From positions 23,325 to 60,390 of the forward strand of contig CAYOSB010000003.1 in the NCBI GenBank assembly GCA_964406495.1: a stretch of DNA of 37,066 nt, given 5' to 3'. The DNA comes from an uncultured Bacteroidaceae bacterium. Its GTDB lineage: Bacteria > Bacteroidota > Bacteroidia > Bacteroidales > GCA-2748055. The position numbers and the translations under genes were made by a program. This document shows positions 10,608 to 20,012 of this stretch, piece by piece (the first letter of the stretch is position 1; every line of letters starts with the position of its first letter). The notes beneath the pieces are model-generated. The model did not search any database. It was not told the DNA's origin and saw nothing but the letters and a program-made list of their open reading frames with translations.

Positions 10608-12212
10608 ATGAAAATATTTACTTCCCTAAAGAATCTCGCAAGGGTATTCCTGATCGTATTGTCCGGATTCTTTATGTCCTGGAACTTTGATACCAATAAT
10701 ACATACCTCAATGTAGATAACAATTTCAGGTTCCTCGAAGCTGATATAACCCAGATCCAAAACGGGTATAAAAATGGTGTCTTCACAATCAAAGAAGTTA
10801 CGCAGGCTTATCTTGACAGGATACAGAAAATTGACAGAAGCGGGCCCATCCTGAATTCATTCATCCAGGTCAATCCGGATGCCATACAAATCGCTGAAGT
10901 ACTTGACAAAGAGATGGAAATGGGGATAATAAGAGGGCCGCTTCATGGAATACCGGTCGTATTAAAAGACAATATCAACACACATGACAAACTTGCAACG
11001 ACAGCCGGTTCCAGGGCACTGAGAAACTCCTTCCCACCATATGACAGTTACATTGCCCAACGTTTAAAGGACGGAGGAGCTTTGATTATCGGAAAAGCTA
11101 ATCTGAGTGAGTGGGCAAATTTCAGGGGAGAGCTGTCACCAAGTGGCTGGAGTGGACTTGGCGGACAAACCAAAAATCCATACATCCTGAATCGAAGTCC
11201 CGGTGGTTCCAGTTCCGGCTCTGCAGTAGCCGTGTCAGCAAATCTGGCTATGCTCGCAATAGGCACAGAAACCAATGGCTCCATTATTACTCCTTCCAAC
11301 CATAATGGAATCGTTGGAATCAAACCAACTGTAGGTCTGATCAGCCGTTCCGGGATCATTCCTATCTCTTATACGCTTGACACTCCAGGACCCATGGCCA
11401 GAACGGTAAGAGACGCTGCAATCTGCCTGGGGACATTAACCGGCATTGATTCTACAGATGCGAAAACAATGGAAAGCGAGGGAAGGTTTCTTAACGACTA
11501 CACGCAGTTTTTAAATGAAGATGGTCTGAAAGGTAAACGAATAGGAGTACCCAGGGGTCCGTTCGGAATACATTATAAGGTAGATGACCTGATGATCAAA
11601 GCAATAAAGCTGATGATAAATATGGGTGCAGAAGTAGTAATGATTGGCGAGATTGAGATACTTGATATCCAGGGATATTCAATGCAGATCATGCTATATG
11701 AATATAAATACGGACTGAATAAGTACTTTAATTCACTTGGTCCAACTGCTCCGGTTAAGAGTATCCAGGATCTCATTAAGTTCAATGAAATGGACTCTAT
11801 TGAATTGAAGTATTTCAACCAGAGATACCTGGAAATGGCCCAGGAAAAAGGGGATTTGTCTTCACCGGAATACCAGGAATCACTGTCATACCTGTTAAAA
11901 GGAAGCCGGGAAATGGGCATAGACAGAATTATGAATGAATATAACCTGGATGCGATCATTGCTCCGTCGGGAGGCCCGGCATGGAAAACTGATCTTATCA
12001 ATGGTGACAGCCATAAAGTGGGCAGTGCCGCTATTGCAGCCCGGGCCGGATACCCAAATATCACTGTGCCAATGGGATTCATTGGTGATTTGCCGGTTGG
12101 AATCTCTTTTTTCGGTAGCGCCTGGAGTGAACCTGTCCTGATTGAAATGGCATATGCCTACGAAACAGCAACATATCACCGGAAGCCACCAAAGTTTCTG
12201 ACTGAGGATTAA
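10608..12212 (+). CDS. Amidase-signature family amidase, probably exported
   Basis: GPLHGIPVVLKDN (Lys), SPGGSSSGSAVAV, GTETNGSI (Ser-cisSer-Lys triad motifs); N-terminal hydrophobic segment. Confidence 0.92.
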   Translation: MKIFTSLKNLARVFLIVLSGFFMSWNFDTNNTYLNVDNNFRFLEADITQIQNGYKNGVFTIKEVTQAYLDRIQKIDRSGPILNSFIQVNPDAIQIAEVLDKEMEMGIIRGPLHGIPVVLKDNINTHDKLATTAGSRALRNSFPPYDSYIAQRLKDGGALIIGKANLSEWANFRGELSPSGWSGLGGQTKNPYILNRSPGGSSSGSAVAVSANLAMLAIGTETNGSIITPSNHNGIVGIKPTVGLISRSGIIPISYTLDTPGPMARTVRDAAICLGTLTGIDSTDAKTMESEGRFLNDYTQFLNEDGLKGKRIGVPRGPFGIHYKVDDLMIKAIKLMINMGAEVVMIGEIEILDIQGYSMQIMLYEYKYGLNKYFNSLGPTAPVKSIQDLIKFNEMDSIELKYFNQRYLEMAQEKGDLSSPEYQESLSYLLKGSREMGIDRIMNEYNLDAIIAPSGGPAWKTDLINGDSHKVGSAAIAARAGYPNITVPMGFIGDLPVGISFFGSAWSEPVLIEMAYAYETATYHRKPPKFLTED

Positions 12213-12339
12213 CCAAGAACAGTCAATACAAGTACTGCTAATATAATTTTGATTTACACCTATTATATACCTAAATAACGCATATTACATTTAATATCAA
12301 TGCTTTAATAAAGCTCCCTTGTGGGCGATTGAGTTGAGC

Positions 12340-12530
12340 TATCAATCTGGAATTGGTCAAAGATATTGATAAAAATTCTTTACAGGACAAGGCAAGCTGC
12401 AAACAGTGGTGCCAGGATTGTTTCCTGGACAGAGGCGGCATTCTATCTTTATTCCGCAAATGAAAATAGCTGGATTGAGAAATTTCAAGAGACAGCAAAG
12501 AATTCCAATGTTACCATTGTTGCATCGTTT
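12340..12530 (+). pseudogene. Fragment of a carbon-nitrogen hydrolase / Lnt-like gene
   Basis: TRQAANSGARIVSWTEAAF...FQETAKNSNVTIVASF resembles the AAxxGAxIVxWxE catalytic-Glu segment of the nitrilase fold; the rest of the gene is absent. Confidence 0.5.
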
Positions 12531-12658
12531 ATTCTTTTGTTTTTCCTTTTTAGAAAAGCTTATTCGGAAAGGCATTAGTTTTCATGCAAACGGGGATTTT
12601 TTGCCTGGGTGAATCGTTCTTTCCTGGCATCGGTACGGTCTTTGTAAAGTTCATATTT

Positions 12659-14569
12659 CTATTGATTGATTGTTAATTTTGCAGCCCAGTCTGTCTTTGC
12701 CGTTTTCAGGCCTCCGGGAAAAGCAGGCAAATCAATGGTTCCTGCTTGATCTGCCGATAATTCTACATTTCCTATCCAGGTTCCGTTTCCTGGGTCAAAC
12801 CATTCAAGTTGATAAGAACCATAGGGCTGAAATCCGTGAAGTTTTGGTTGTATGCAACCATTCTCGAAATAGAGCATAGCCAGGTCTTTCTTATTGGTGC
12901 GCATCATGAAGGCCCAGCCATCCAATCCCCGAGGCTTGCTTCCTGGCGCTTTATTTGGTTGAATATCTTGACGTGCCAGGCGCAGATCCTGGTACATCTC
13001 ACCTTCGGAAAGCATAAAGGTCTGAAGATGCGCCATCTGCTCACCAGCCTTGAATTTAAGTGCTTCCCAAATGTATGGCCGCTCACCGGGGGATTCACCT
13101 GTTGTTGTACAGTCGTAGGCACCGTGGCCAAAGACATGCCCGGCCAGTCCTCCGGACAAGACACTTCCATACATCTGGGCACGTGAAAAATATGTGTCAC
13201 GCTCCGAATTACGCGGTGGTAATTCACCATCCACTTTTACTCTCCACCCAACATAATATGGTTCAAGGTTTCCTGCCGGGTAAGGTGGCTGCAGCCTGAA
13301 CAGCTCTTCGATATACTCTGTCATACCATGGTCCCGGGGATGATTGCCCACAGAATGCATCGATAACCAGGAACATTCCTCTTCATGGCCAAAGAACCTG
13401 TAGGTGGATTGATTCACAAGCGTGGTGACCAGCTGGCCGAACGGAGGAGGACCATATTTTTTATGCATATAATTAAGGGCCTCATTAAACTCTCCTGCTG
13501 TAAGGCTTCCGATCCGACCATTAAATACAGCATAATTATCAAAATGGATACCACTAAAGATCAGGTTATATACCCCATACCTTGCATAAATATAATTAAC
13601 AAAGCGCGCATAGGAGGTGTTATAGTCAAAATATGCCTTCCATGCCGGGCAACAATCGCGGCGAACTGGTTCAAGAAATGCAATGAAGCCATTGTCCCAG
13701 AGGTATCGCATCTTTTTATCCAGGCTCCTGAAATATTCCGGATTCAGAAGATCATAATTGGGTATACCTTCCCTGTCCGGTAACATGACAAACGACCTGT
13801 ATCCCTGCTCATCTTGCATATCCTTTGCGGCATAGCATTCCTGGTTCTGATTATTCGATGCCATCACTCCCCACTTTTCCCAGGCAGTCCTTACACAAAC
13901 ACCATTTTCGTCCCAATGCCGGTATGAAAGTTCATCTGTATCCCAGTTGGGATAGGCTGCAATCATAGAGATGCAATTATATTTTTGCTTCTTTCGGTAG
14001 GAGATCAGTTCCTCGAAACTGATTCCGGGACCAGGTTCATAATCTTCAGATGGTTGAATCCCCTTAAAGGGTAACCGCCAGGTAGATGCCGCCCACCAAG
14101 TATCACCTGTCAGGAAAAAAGGTGTACCATCTGCATATTGCAATGCATGACCATTGGCAGTTGCGCCGATGATGCCCCTCCTGTTTGGATTCTCTGTGAT
14201 TTGCTGATCAGACCATTTCTTTGCTGTAAAGCTGCCTTTTCGATGGTTGAGCCCTTCATCATCAGGCTGATTTGATCCGCTTTCCCATTCCCATTCTCCT
14301 GGTGAAGTAGCCAACACTCGTACTTTGAAAACCTTTCCGCCATCCCAGAATCCAAAAACACGTTTTGCAAAACCAGGGCCAGTAAGATCAACCCACATGG
14401 TAACCTCCATATAGGGATTCTCATAATTGCCCTCAGCTTTAAAATGAATTTCCAGGGGTTGCCATACAAAGGTTGATAAAGCAGATAACTTTGCGGTAGT
14501 GATAAAAACAGCGCAAATGGCGAAAACCAACCTGAGGCCTGAAACATTTATAATGCGTTCCGTTTCCAT
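12659..14569 (-). CDS. DUF5060/DUF4038 apiosidase-like (GH140-related) glycoside hydrolase
   Basis: N-terminal YENPY.EV...GFWDGG...VR domain; ADGTPFFLTGDTWW; NLEPYY; C-terminal WFDPGNG domain; signal peptide. Confidence 0.8.
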   Translation of the reverse strand: METERIINVSGLRLVFAICAVFITTAKLSALSTFVWQPLEIHFKAEGNYENPYMEVTMWVDLTGPGFAKRVFGFWDGGKVFKVRVLATSPGEWEWESGSNQPDDEGLNHRKGSFTAKKWSDQQITENPNRRGIIGATANGHALQYADGTPFFLTGDTWWAASTWRLPFKGIQPSEDYEPGPGISFEELISYRKKQKYNCISMIAAYPNWDTDELSYRHWDENGVCVRTAWEKWGVMASNNQNQECYAAKDMQDEQGYRSFVMLPDREGIPNYDLLNPEYFRSLDKKMRYLWDNGFIAFLEPVRRDCCPAWKAYFDYNTSYARFVNYIYARYGVYNLIFSGIHFDNYAVFNGRIGSLTAGEFNEALNYMHKKYGPPPFGQLVTTLVNQSTYRFFGHEEECSWLSMHSVGNHPRDHGMTEYIEELFRLQPPYPAGNLEPYYVGWRVKVDGELPPRNSERDTYFSRAQMYGSVLSGGLAGHVFGHGAYDCTTTGESPGERPYIWEALKFKAGEQMAHLQTFMLSEGEMYQDLRLARQDIQPNKAPGSKPRGLDGWAFMMRTNKKDLAMLYFENGCIQPKLHGFQPYGSYQLEWFDPGNGTWIGNVELSADQAGTIDLPAFPGGLKTAKTDWAAKLTINQ

Positions 14570-14906
14570 GATGATTTGTATTGAGTTGATAAGTTATTAC
14601 CCAATATACATCAAAAACATTATCAGGATAATAATATGTGCTTAATATAGCAATCAATATCAGACTCATAATCCCATTTTTTGAACTTCCGGACAGTTAT
14701 TCTATATGGTTGATGCCAATGATCAGACAGGGAAGATGAACCTTCAGCTTGGGGAAACTAAATATTTAACTTCGTTTTGTTGAAGGAATTGCCGGAGGTG
14801 ATTGGTCATTTATTCAAACAGATTCTAAAGTGTTCCGTAGGTTCAGATTGCCTGTGCATTTTTTCTATTTTTATCTCAAATTGCTGATTTTACTGGCTGT
14901 GAACAG

Positions 14907-17282
14907 ATGAAACGACGCGACTTCCTCAAACGCAATGCCCTGGTCTCCGGGGGCACCCTGGTGGGCGGCACTTTTATATCGGAATTAATGGCCGATGAAA
15001 ATGTAATGGCAGCAGCACAAACACTTTCCGCTTCTGAAAAAATGATCAGGGTGGGCTGCCCGGCACACAACTGCGGGGGCCGTTGCCTGTTAAAAGTATT
15101 CGTTAAGGAGGGAATCATTGTGAGAATCGAATCGGATGACAGACCGAATGATTCCATCGAAGATCCGCAACTGAGGGCCTGTCTGCGGGGACGTGCATAC
15201 CGGCACAGGCAATACCAATCCGACAGGCTCAGATATCCCCAGGTCAGGGTGGGAAAACGTGGAGAAGGAAAATTCGAGCGCATTTCGTGGGAGGAGGCTA
15301 CAGATATCATGGCCGAGCAGATTGTCCGGGTAAAAGAAAAATATGGCAATGAATCCATCTATATTCCTTATGGAACAGGAAGTTACAACCAGATCAACGG
15401 AAAATCCACCGCAAATCGCCTGATGAACCTGGTGGGAGGCTCGCTTGGTTACTATAATTCCTACAGCTGGGCATGCATCAGCAAGGCCACACCTTATGTG
15501 TACGGGACCAGTGTCACGGGGAATCAGCGCCAGGATTGGGTGAATGCCAAATATATACTTATGTGGGGCTGGAATCCTTCCGAAATGCGGGATGGCACCA
15601 ACAGTGAGTACTTCATTAAAAAGGCAAAAGAGCGGGGTGCAAAAATAGTATGCATCGACCCGCGAATGACCCTCAGTGCCGTGGCACTTGCAGATGAGTG
15701 GGTGGCCATCCGGCCCGGGACAGACGTGGCCCTGATGAGTGCCATGGCCTATGTGATGATCACTGAAAACCTTTACGATGAAGACTTTGTGAGGGAATGT
15801 TGCGTAGGTTTTGATGTCTCACAGATGCCTGCAGGACTGGAAAAGGAAGAGAGCTACAAGGATTATATCCTGGGAACCCATGATGGTCAGCCGAAACAAC
15901 CGGAGTGGGCTGAGGCAATCACCGCGGTACCGAGGGAAACCATTATCCGAATCGCCAGGGAATATGCCACCCTGAAACCCGGGGTGCTCTACCAGGGGTA
16001 CGGGATGCAACGCAGGGCGTATGGCGAACAGCCTGTGCGTGGCGGATGCGTACTCGCCGCGATTACCGGCAATGTAGGTGTTTCAGGCGGCTGGGCAAGC
16101 GGACTCGCACTGCAGGCGAGGGATGGCGGACCGCTGTGGTCCGTCTTCCCGACCCTTCCCAATCCGGTGAAGGCAAAAATCCCGAGTTTTCTATGGACTG
16201 AGGCAGTTACCAGGGGAACTGAAATGAGTGCGCAGGATGGACTGCTGGGCACGGACAGACTTAAAAACAACGTGAAGCTGATCTGGGCTGTTGCTTCCAA
16301 TGCCATCATCAATCAGCATGGGAATACCAACCGGACGGCAGAGATCATGAAAGATGAATCGCTTGTGGAGTTCTTTGCAGTCCAGGACAATTTCCTTACC
16401 CCCACTGCCAGGTTTGCCGATCTGTTGCTGCCTGTATGTACACAGTTTGAGACCTGGGGCGTGGAAGACGGGTGGAAATATGGCGAAGAGGTGATCCTGC
16501 AGCCGAAGATCTGTGATCCGCCCTGGGAGACAAAAAGTGATTACCGGATCTGTGCAGATATCGCAGAAAAGCTGGGTGTCGGAGATGCGTATACGGAAGG
16601 AAACAGTGAACGGGACTGGGTAGCGAAGTTCATTGAAATATTCAGGGAAGCGCGCTTTCCGCATATTCCTGATCTGGATGCATTTGAAAAATCCAACCAG
16701 GGGGTTTACTCCGTACCGGTAACTGAACCGGAAATTGCATTTGAAGATTTCCGGAAGGATCCAGCCGGGCACCCCTTGCCCACTCCCTCAGGCAAGATCG
16801 AGATATTCTCAAAACGACTATTCGACATGCATAATCCTGGAGAGATCCCGGCGGTCCCGAAATACATCACCGAATGGGAAAGTCCTTTCGGACAGGAAGC
16901 GCAAAAATTTCCCCTGCAGGTCATTGGTCCGCACTACATGCCCCGCGTGCATTCCACACACGATAATGTGGACTGGCTGAGTGAGGCGTTCCCCCAAAGA
17001 CTGTTTATCAACCCGATCGATGCCGCAGAGAGGAAGATAAAAAATGGACAGAAAGCAAAGATCTATAACGAAAGAGGAACGGTGATCCTGCCCTGCCGGA
17101 TCACTCCGCGCATACTGCCGGGTGTTGTCGCCATCCCGCAGGGCGCCTGGTGGAAACCAAATAGGAAAGGAGTTGATGAAGGCGGATCCGTGAATACGTT
17201 GACTTCCGAGAAGTGGACCCCGCTTGCATTCGGGAATGCCCAGCATACCATCATGGCAGAAGTTGAACTATATAAGGATTGA
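14907..17282 (+). CDS. dmsA: DMSO reductase-family molybdopterin catalytic subunit (DmsA/YnfE type), Tat-exported
   Basis: Tat motif MKRRDFLK; FS0 motif CPAHNCGGRC...RACLRGR; WGWNPSE, IRPGTDVAL, PTPSGKIEI, RVHSTHDN, QGAWW motifs; candidate Ser ligand in YNSYSWAC. Confidence 0.9.
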   Translation: MKRRDFLKRNALVSGGTLVGGTFISELMADENVMAAAQTLSASEKMIRVGCPAHNCGGRCLLKVFVKEGIIVRIESDDRPNDSIEDPQLRACLRGRAYRHRQYQSDRLRYPQVRVGKRGEGKFERISWEEATDIMAEQIVRVKEKYGNESIYIPYGTGSYNQINGKSTANRLMNLVGGSLGYYNSYSWACISKATPYVYGTSVTGNQRQDWVNAKYILMWGWNPSEMRDGTNSEYFIKKAKERGAKIVCIDPRMTLSAVALADEWVAIRPGTDVALMSAMAYVMITENLYDEDFVRECCVGFDVSQMPAGLEKEESYKDYILGTHDGQPKQPEWAEAITAVPRETIIRIAREYATLKPGVLYQGYGMQRRAYGEQPVRGGCVLAAITGNVGVSGGWASGLALQARDGGPLWSVFPTLPNPVKAKIPSFLWTEAVTRGTEMSAQDGLLGTDRLKNNVKLIWAVASNAIINQHGNTNRTAEIMKDESLVEFFAVQDNFLTPTARFADLLLPVCTQFETWGVEDGWKYGEEVILQPKICDPPWETKSDYRICADIAEKLGVGDAYTEGNSERDWVAKFIEIFREARFPHIPDLDAFEKSNQGVYSVPVTEPEIAFEDFRKDPAGHPLPTPSGKIEIFSKRLFDMHNPGEIPAVPKYITEWESPFGQEAQKFPLQVIGPHYMPRVHSTHDNVDWLSEAFPQRLFINPIDAAERKIKNGQKAKIYNERGTVILPCRITPRILPGVVAIPQGAWWKPNRKGVDEGGSVNTLTSEKWTPLAFGNAQHTIMAEVELYKD

Positions 17283-17283
17283 A

Positions 17284-17907
17284 ATGGAAAGACTTGCGTT
17301 CTACTTTGATTCCAATGCATGCTCGGGTTGTAAAACCTGCCAGGTGGCCTGTAAGGATAAAAATAATCTTCCGGTGGGCATCACCTGGAGACGGGTCTAT
17401 GAAATCACGGGAGGTGGCTGGAAGCGTTCCGGCGCTGCATGGGTCTCCAATGTGATCGCCTACAATCTTTCAATCGCATGTAACCACTGTGAGAATCCTG
17501 TATGCCTTGATGCCTGTCCGGCAAAGGCCATAGAAAAAGCGGAGAATGGAATTGTGACCATTGACCGGGAGAAATGCATGGGGTGCAAATATTGTTCCTG
17601 GACCTGTCCCTATAGCGCCCTTCAGTATGATGAGGAGCATGGCGTGATGACAAAATGTGATATGTGCATGGACTATGTTTCCTCGGGCAAAAATCCGGCA
17701 TGTGTGGATGCCTGTCCGGCCAGGGCACTGGATTTCGGAGAATACAATGCACTTGTTGCAAAGTATGGAGCATCCGCACATATCCATCCCCTGCCTGACC
17801 AGCGCATGACGGATCCTTCCAGTTTGATCGCTCCACACAAGGATGCCATGAAAGCACAAAATGATTCAGCAATCATTTCAAACATGGAGGAAATTAAGCA
17901 TGAATGA
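17284..17907 (+). CDS. dmsB: DMSO reductase four-cluster Fe-S subunit
   Basis: CSGCKTCQVAC, CNHCENPVCLDACP, CMGCKYCSWTCPY, KCDMC...PACVDACP; ATG at 17284, just after the dmsA TGA. Confidence 0.92.
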   Translation: MERLAFYFDSNACSGCKTCQVACKDKNNLPVGITWRRVYEITGGGWKRSGAAWVSNVIAYNLSIACNHCENPVCLDACPAKAIEKAENGIVTIDREKCMGCKYCSWTCPYSALQYDEEHGVMTKCDMCMDYVSSGKNPACVDACPARALDFGEYNALVAKYGASAHIHPLPDQRMTDPSSLIAPHKDAMKAQNDSAIISNMEEIKHE

Positions 17908-18748
17908 TGAAGGCGCACTGATTGCTTTTACCCTGCTCAGCCAGGTGGTCATCGGATCTACACTCGTGTATGTGCTCGTTTATTTCCTAAGCATAGAGGA
18001 TATTGCACAGCTTCCAACAGGATTCAGCCTCAAAACACCTGAATTCCTGTTTTTGCTGGGTTTGCTGGTGGCAATAATACTATCCTTCCTCCACCTGGGC
18101 CGGCCTTCCAATGCCGTCAATGCACTGAATAACCTGAAGTCTTCGTGGATCAGCCGGGAGATATTTACGGTTACGCTGTTTTCAGTAAGCCTGCTGATGC
18201 TGTGGATGGCCCGGTGGCTGGGTGCCGGGAGGTCTTTGCTGACAGTTTCATTTATATTCGCTGCGGTGGCAGGTTTGATCCTGCTGGTGACAATGGTGAA
18301 ATTGTACATGATTCCGGCCGTGCCGACCTGGAACAACTGGCTGACCCCGGCGCATTTTACCCTGACCGTCATGGTCTCTGGCCTTGCGCTGATGCTTGTC
18401 TTTGTCATGGTATACAACATTGAATTCACCACGATCAAACCCTTCCTGGTGGTGCTCATGATCCTGCTGTTGTTTGAGATGGCCCATGCGGTATTATTAT
18501 ATGTTCAGCTGAATTCTATGGATCCCGCTTATGGGAATTCGTTTATTTCAGAAGGAATCTTCAGGTTCCTGACGATCACCAGGGTCGCTGTAACCGGACT
18601 GGCCATGGCATTCCTTGTTCTTGTCTCAATCCGTGCCCAGGCACACACCCACGGCACAATGTTCATCCTTTCCGTGTCTTTCATTTTTACCGAGATGTTG
18701 GTGGGAAGGTACCTGTTCTTTGCCGCCTTTGCGAGGACCGGGATCTGA
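17900..18748 (+). CDS. dmsC: DmsC-family membrane anchor
   Basis: LIAFTLLSQ, SFLHLGRP.NA.NAL..L.SSWISREI, EMLVGRYLFF; ATG at 17900 overlaps the end of dmsB and is preceded by GGAGG. Confidence 0.88.
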   Translation: MNDEGALIAFTLLSQVVIGSTLVYVLVYFLSIEDIAQLPTGFSLKTPEFLFLLGLLVAIILSFLHLGRPSNAVNALNNLKSSWISREIFTVTLFSVSLLMLWMARWLGAGRSLLTVSFIFAAVAGLILLVTMVKLYMIPAVPTWNNWLTPAHFTLTVMVSGLALMLVFVMVYNIEFTTIKPFLVVLMILLLFEMAHAVLLYVQLNSMDPAYGNSFISEGIFRFLTITRVAVTGLAMAFLVLVSIRAQAHTHGTMFILSVSFIFTEMLVGRYLFFAAFARTGI

Positions 18749-18998
18749 CCCATCAGATGCTTTATTCATTTGCTACTGTCAGTGACTTAATTGTTGAACA
18801 TACCGCCAGCTATAATACCAAAAAGTACAAACCCGGGCTGAGCGGCATTCGAAGAGGATGGGTTTATTTACCGTACAGACTGACTACCAGGGTTCATGAA
18901 CATCATCTGTATTCCAGGGAAATAAATCATGGTATAAAGGAAGGAGCATATTGCTATTTGGACCTGTAGTAGTATTTTCGCATCAATAAAAAGAGGCA

Positions 18999-19430
18999 AT
19001 GGCAAAACGCGAAAAAAGAAATAAGAGCCGCGGATCGGCGGGTAATAACCGGAAAATGGGAGAAGACTTCCTGGAAAAGAACCGCAGAAAAGAGGGGGTA
19101 CAAGAAACGGATTCGGGCTTGCAGTACCTGGTAGTTGAAGAAGGCGAAGGCGATTGCCCGGATGCACACGCCACTATCACAGTTCACCAGCGGTGCCAGC
19201 TTGTCAACGGAACCGTCATTGAGGATACGTATCGCAAAAACGAGCCTTCAGAAGTAGAAATGCAAGAACTCATTGAAGGCTACCGGGAAGGTATTCAGCT
19301 GATGAATAAGGGCGCACGCTACAAATTATTTATTCCCTGGGAGCTGGCCTGGGGAAAAAACGGTACCGGCAGCAAGATCCCTCCATACTCAATGCTTGTA
19401 TTTGATGTCAGATTGATCGATTTTTGGTAG
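18999..19430 (+). CDS. FKBP-type peptidyl-prolyl cis-trans isomerase
   Basis: ETDSGLQYLVVEEGEG, LIEGYREGIQLM..G....LFIPWELAWG, IPPYSMLVFDVRL. Confidence 0.92.
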   Translation: MAKREKRNKSRGSAGNNRKMGEDFLEKNRRKEGVQETDSGLQYLVVEEGEGDCPDAHATITVHQRCQLVNGTVIEDTYRKNEPSEVEMQELIEGYREGIQLMNKGARYKLFIPWELAWGKNGTGSKIPPYSMLVFDVRLIDFW

Positions 19431-19769
19431 ATGGGTTAGTGTTACTTGCTACTTCGGAATAATTATCAACAATAGGCAGTAAATAAAGGAAGCAGTTCCC
19501 TGGAATTGTTGAAAGATTTGAATTAAGTCTTGACTAATTCATTTTATCGTAACCAACTATTATTATTTTTTATTGATTACGGTATGCTTCCCAAGGTTTG
19601 CTAAGCTATTTTAACGTATTTTCTCCTGATATTTCCATCCTTTTGAAATAGGTTCTTCTGGTCCTGTTTTCAAAATTTCATTAAGAACCGGCCTGGTGTT
19701 AACCCTTTGAGCGTGTCGTTTGGTCTTCGATGGTTGTAAAGGCTCAAAAAAAACAGGGTGTGGCCTGTA

Positions 19770-19857
19770 TTGCTCGTCGTACATCCTCGCGAGTCCTGAG
19801 GTGGAGGCCTTACCAAGAAAAAGCCTTCTCGCTCATCCCTCGCAGAATACGGTCTTT
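19770..19857. repeat. Structured ~90-bp repeat, copy A (REP-like)
   Basis: Colinear with 21320-21406; 43/60 identical, ungapped, over 19771-19830 vs 21321-21380 (hand count); two GCTC...CCTCGC submotifs. Confidence 0.75.
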
Positions 19858-19860
19858 TCC

Positions 19861-19890
19861 TTAGTAGCGGGGACAGGTGAAATATCGAAC
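19861..19890. mobile_element. att-like site 1 (antisense tRNA-fMet 3'-end-like core plus TGAAATATC arm)
   Basis: TTAGTAG-CGGGGACAGG-TGAAATATCGAAC. The minus strand reads GTTCGA...CCTGTCCCCGCTAC, resembling the T-arm/acceptor end of tRNA-fMet; translates as LVAGTGEISNFNLLNDL. Confidence 0.65.
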
Positions 19891-19928
19891 TTCAATTTGC
19901 TGAATGATCTGGGGAAGCGGTTGAACTT

Positions 19929-19973
19929 CTTACCATATTTTAACTTACCATTTGGTTACTTACCATTTGGTTA
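19929..19973. repeat. Three tandem 15-bp repeats
   Basis: CTTACCATATTTTAA, CTTACCATTTGGTTA, CTTACCATTTGGTTA; internal dyad ACCA-TT-TGGT. Confidence 0.85.
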
Positions 19974-19997
19974 GTTTACGTAGATTTATTACCTTTA
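19966..19997 (+). promoter_or_regulatory. Putative Bacteroidota -33/-7 promoter for the ATPase gene
   Basis: TTTG (19966-69), N20, TACCTTTA (19990-97; one mismatch to TAnnTTTG); inverted repeat TTTACGT (19975-81)/ACGTAAA (20003-09) around the -7. Confidence 0.5.
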
Positions 19998-20012
19998 AAG
20001 AAACGTAAATAA

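Noticed and set aside
17280-17282. Selenocysteine TGA in dmsA
   Set aside because: The TGA is at the natural C-terminus and dmsB starts immediately after; there is no internal TGA in the ORF.
18757-18969. 70-aa ORF after dmsC as a DmsD-like chaperone
   Set aside because: Too short and lacks TorD/DmsD motifs such as E(P/x)xDH.
19440-19760. Possible gene fragment or hairpin downstream of the FKBP gene
   Set aside because: Short interrupted frames with no recognisable motif, and only a weak TTTGAGC/GCTCAAA stem.
19861-19935. Intact tRNA gene on the minus strand
   Set aside because: Only the 3' ~14 nt resemble a tRNA; no D-arm or anticodon arm can be formed.
19720-19974. 84-aa ORF as a real gene
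   Set aside because: It merely reads through the structured repeat, att site 1 and the 15-bp tandem repeats; TTG start and no domain.
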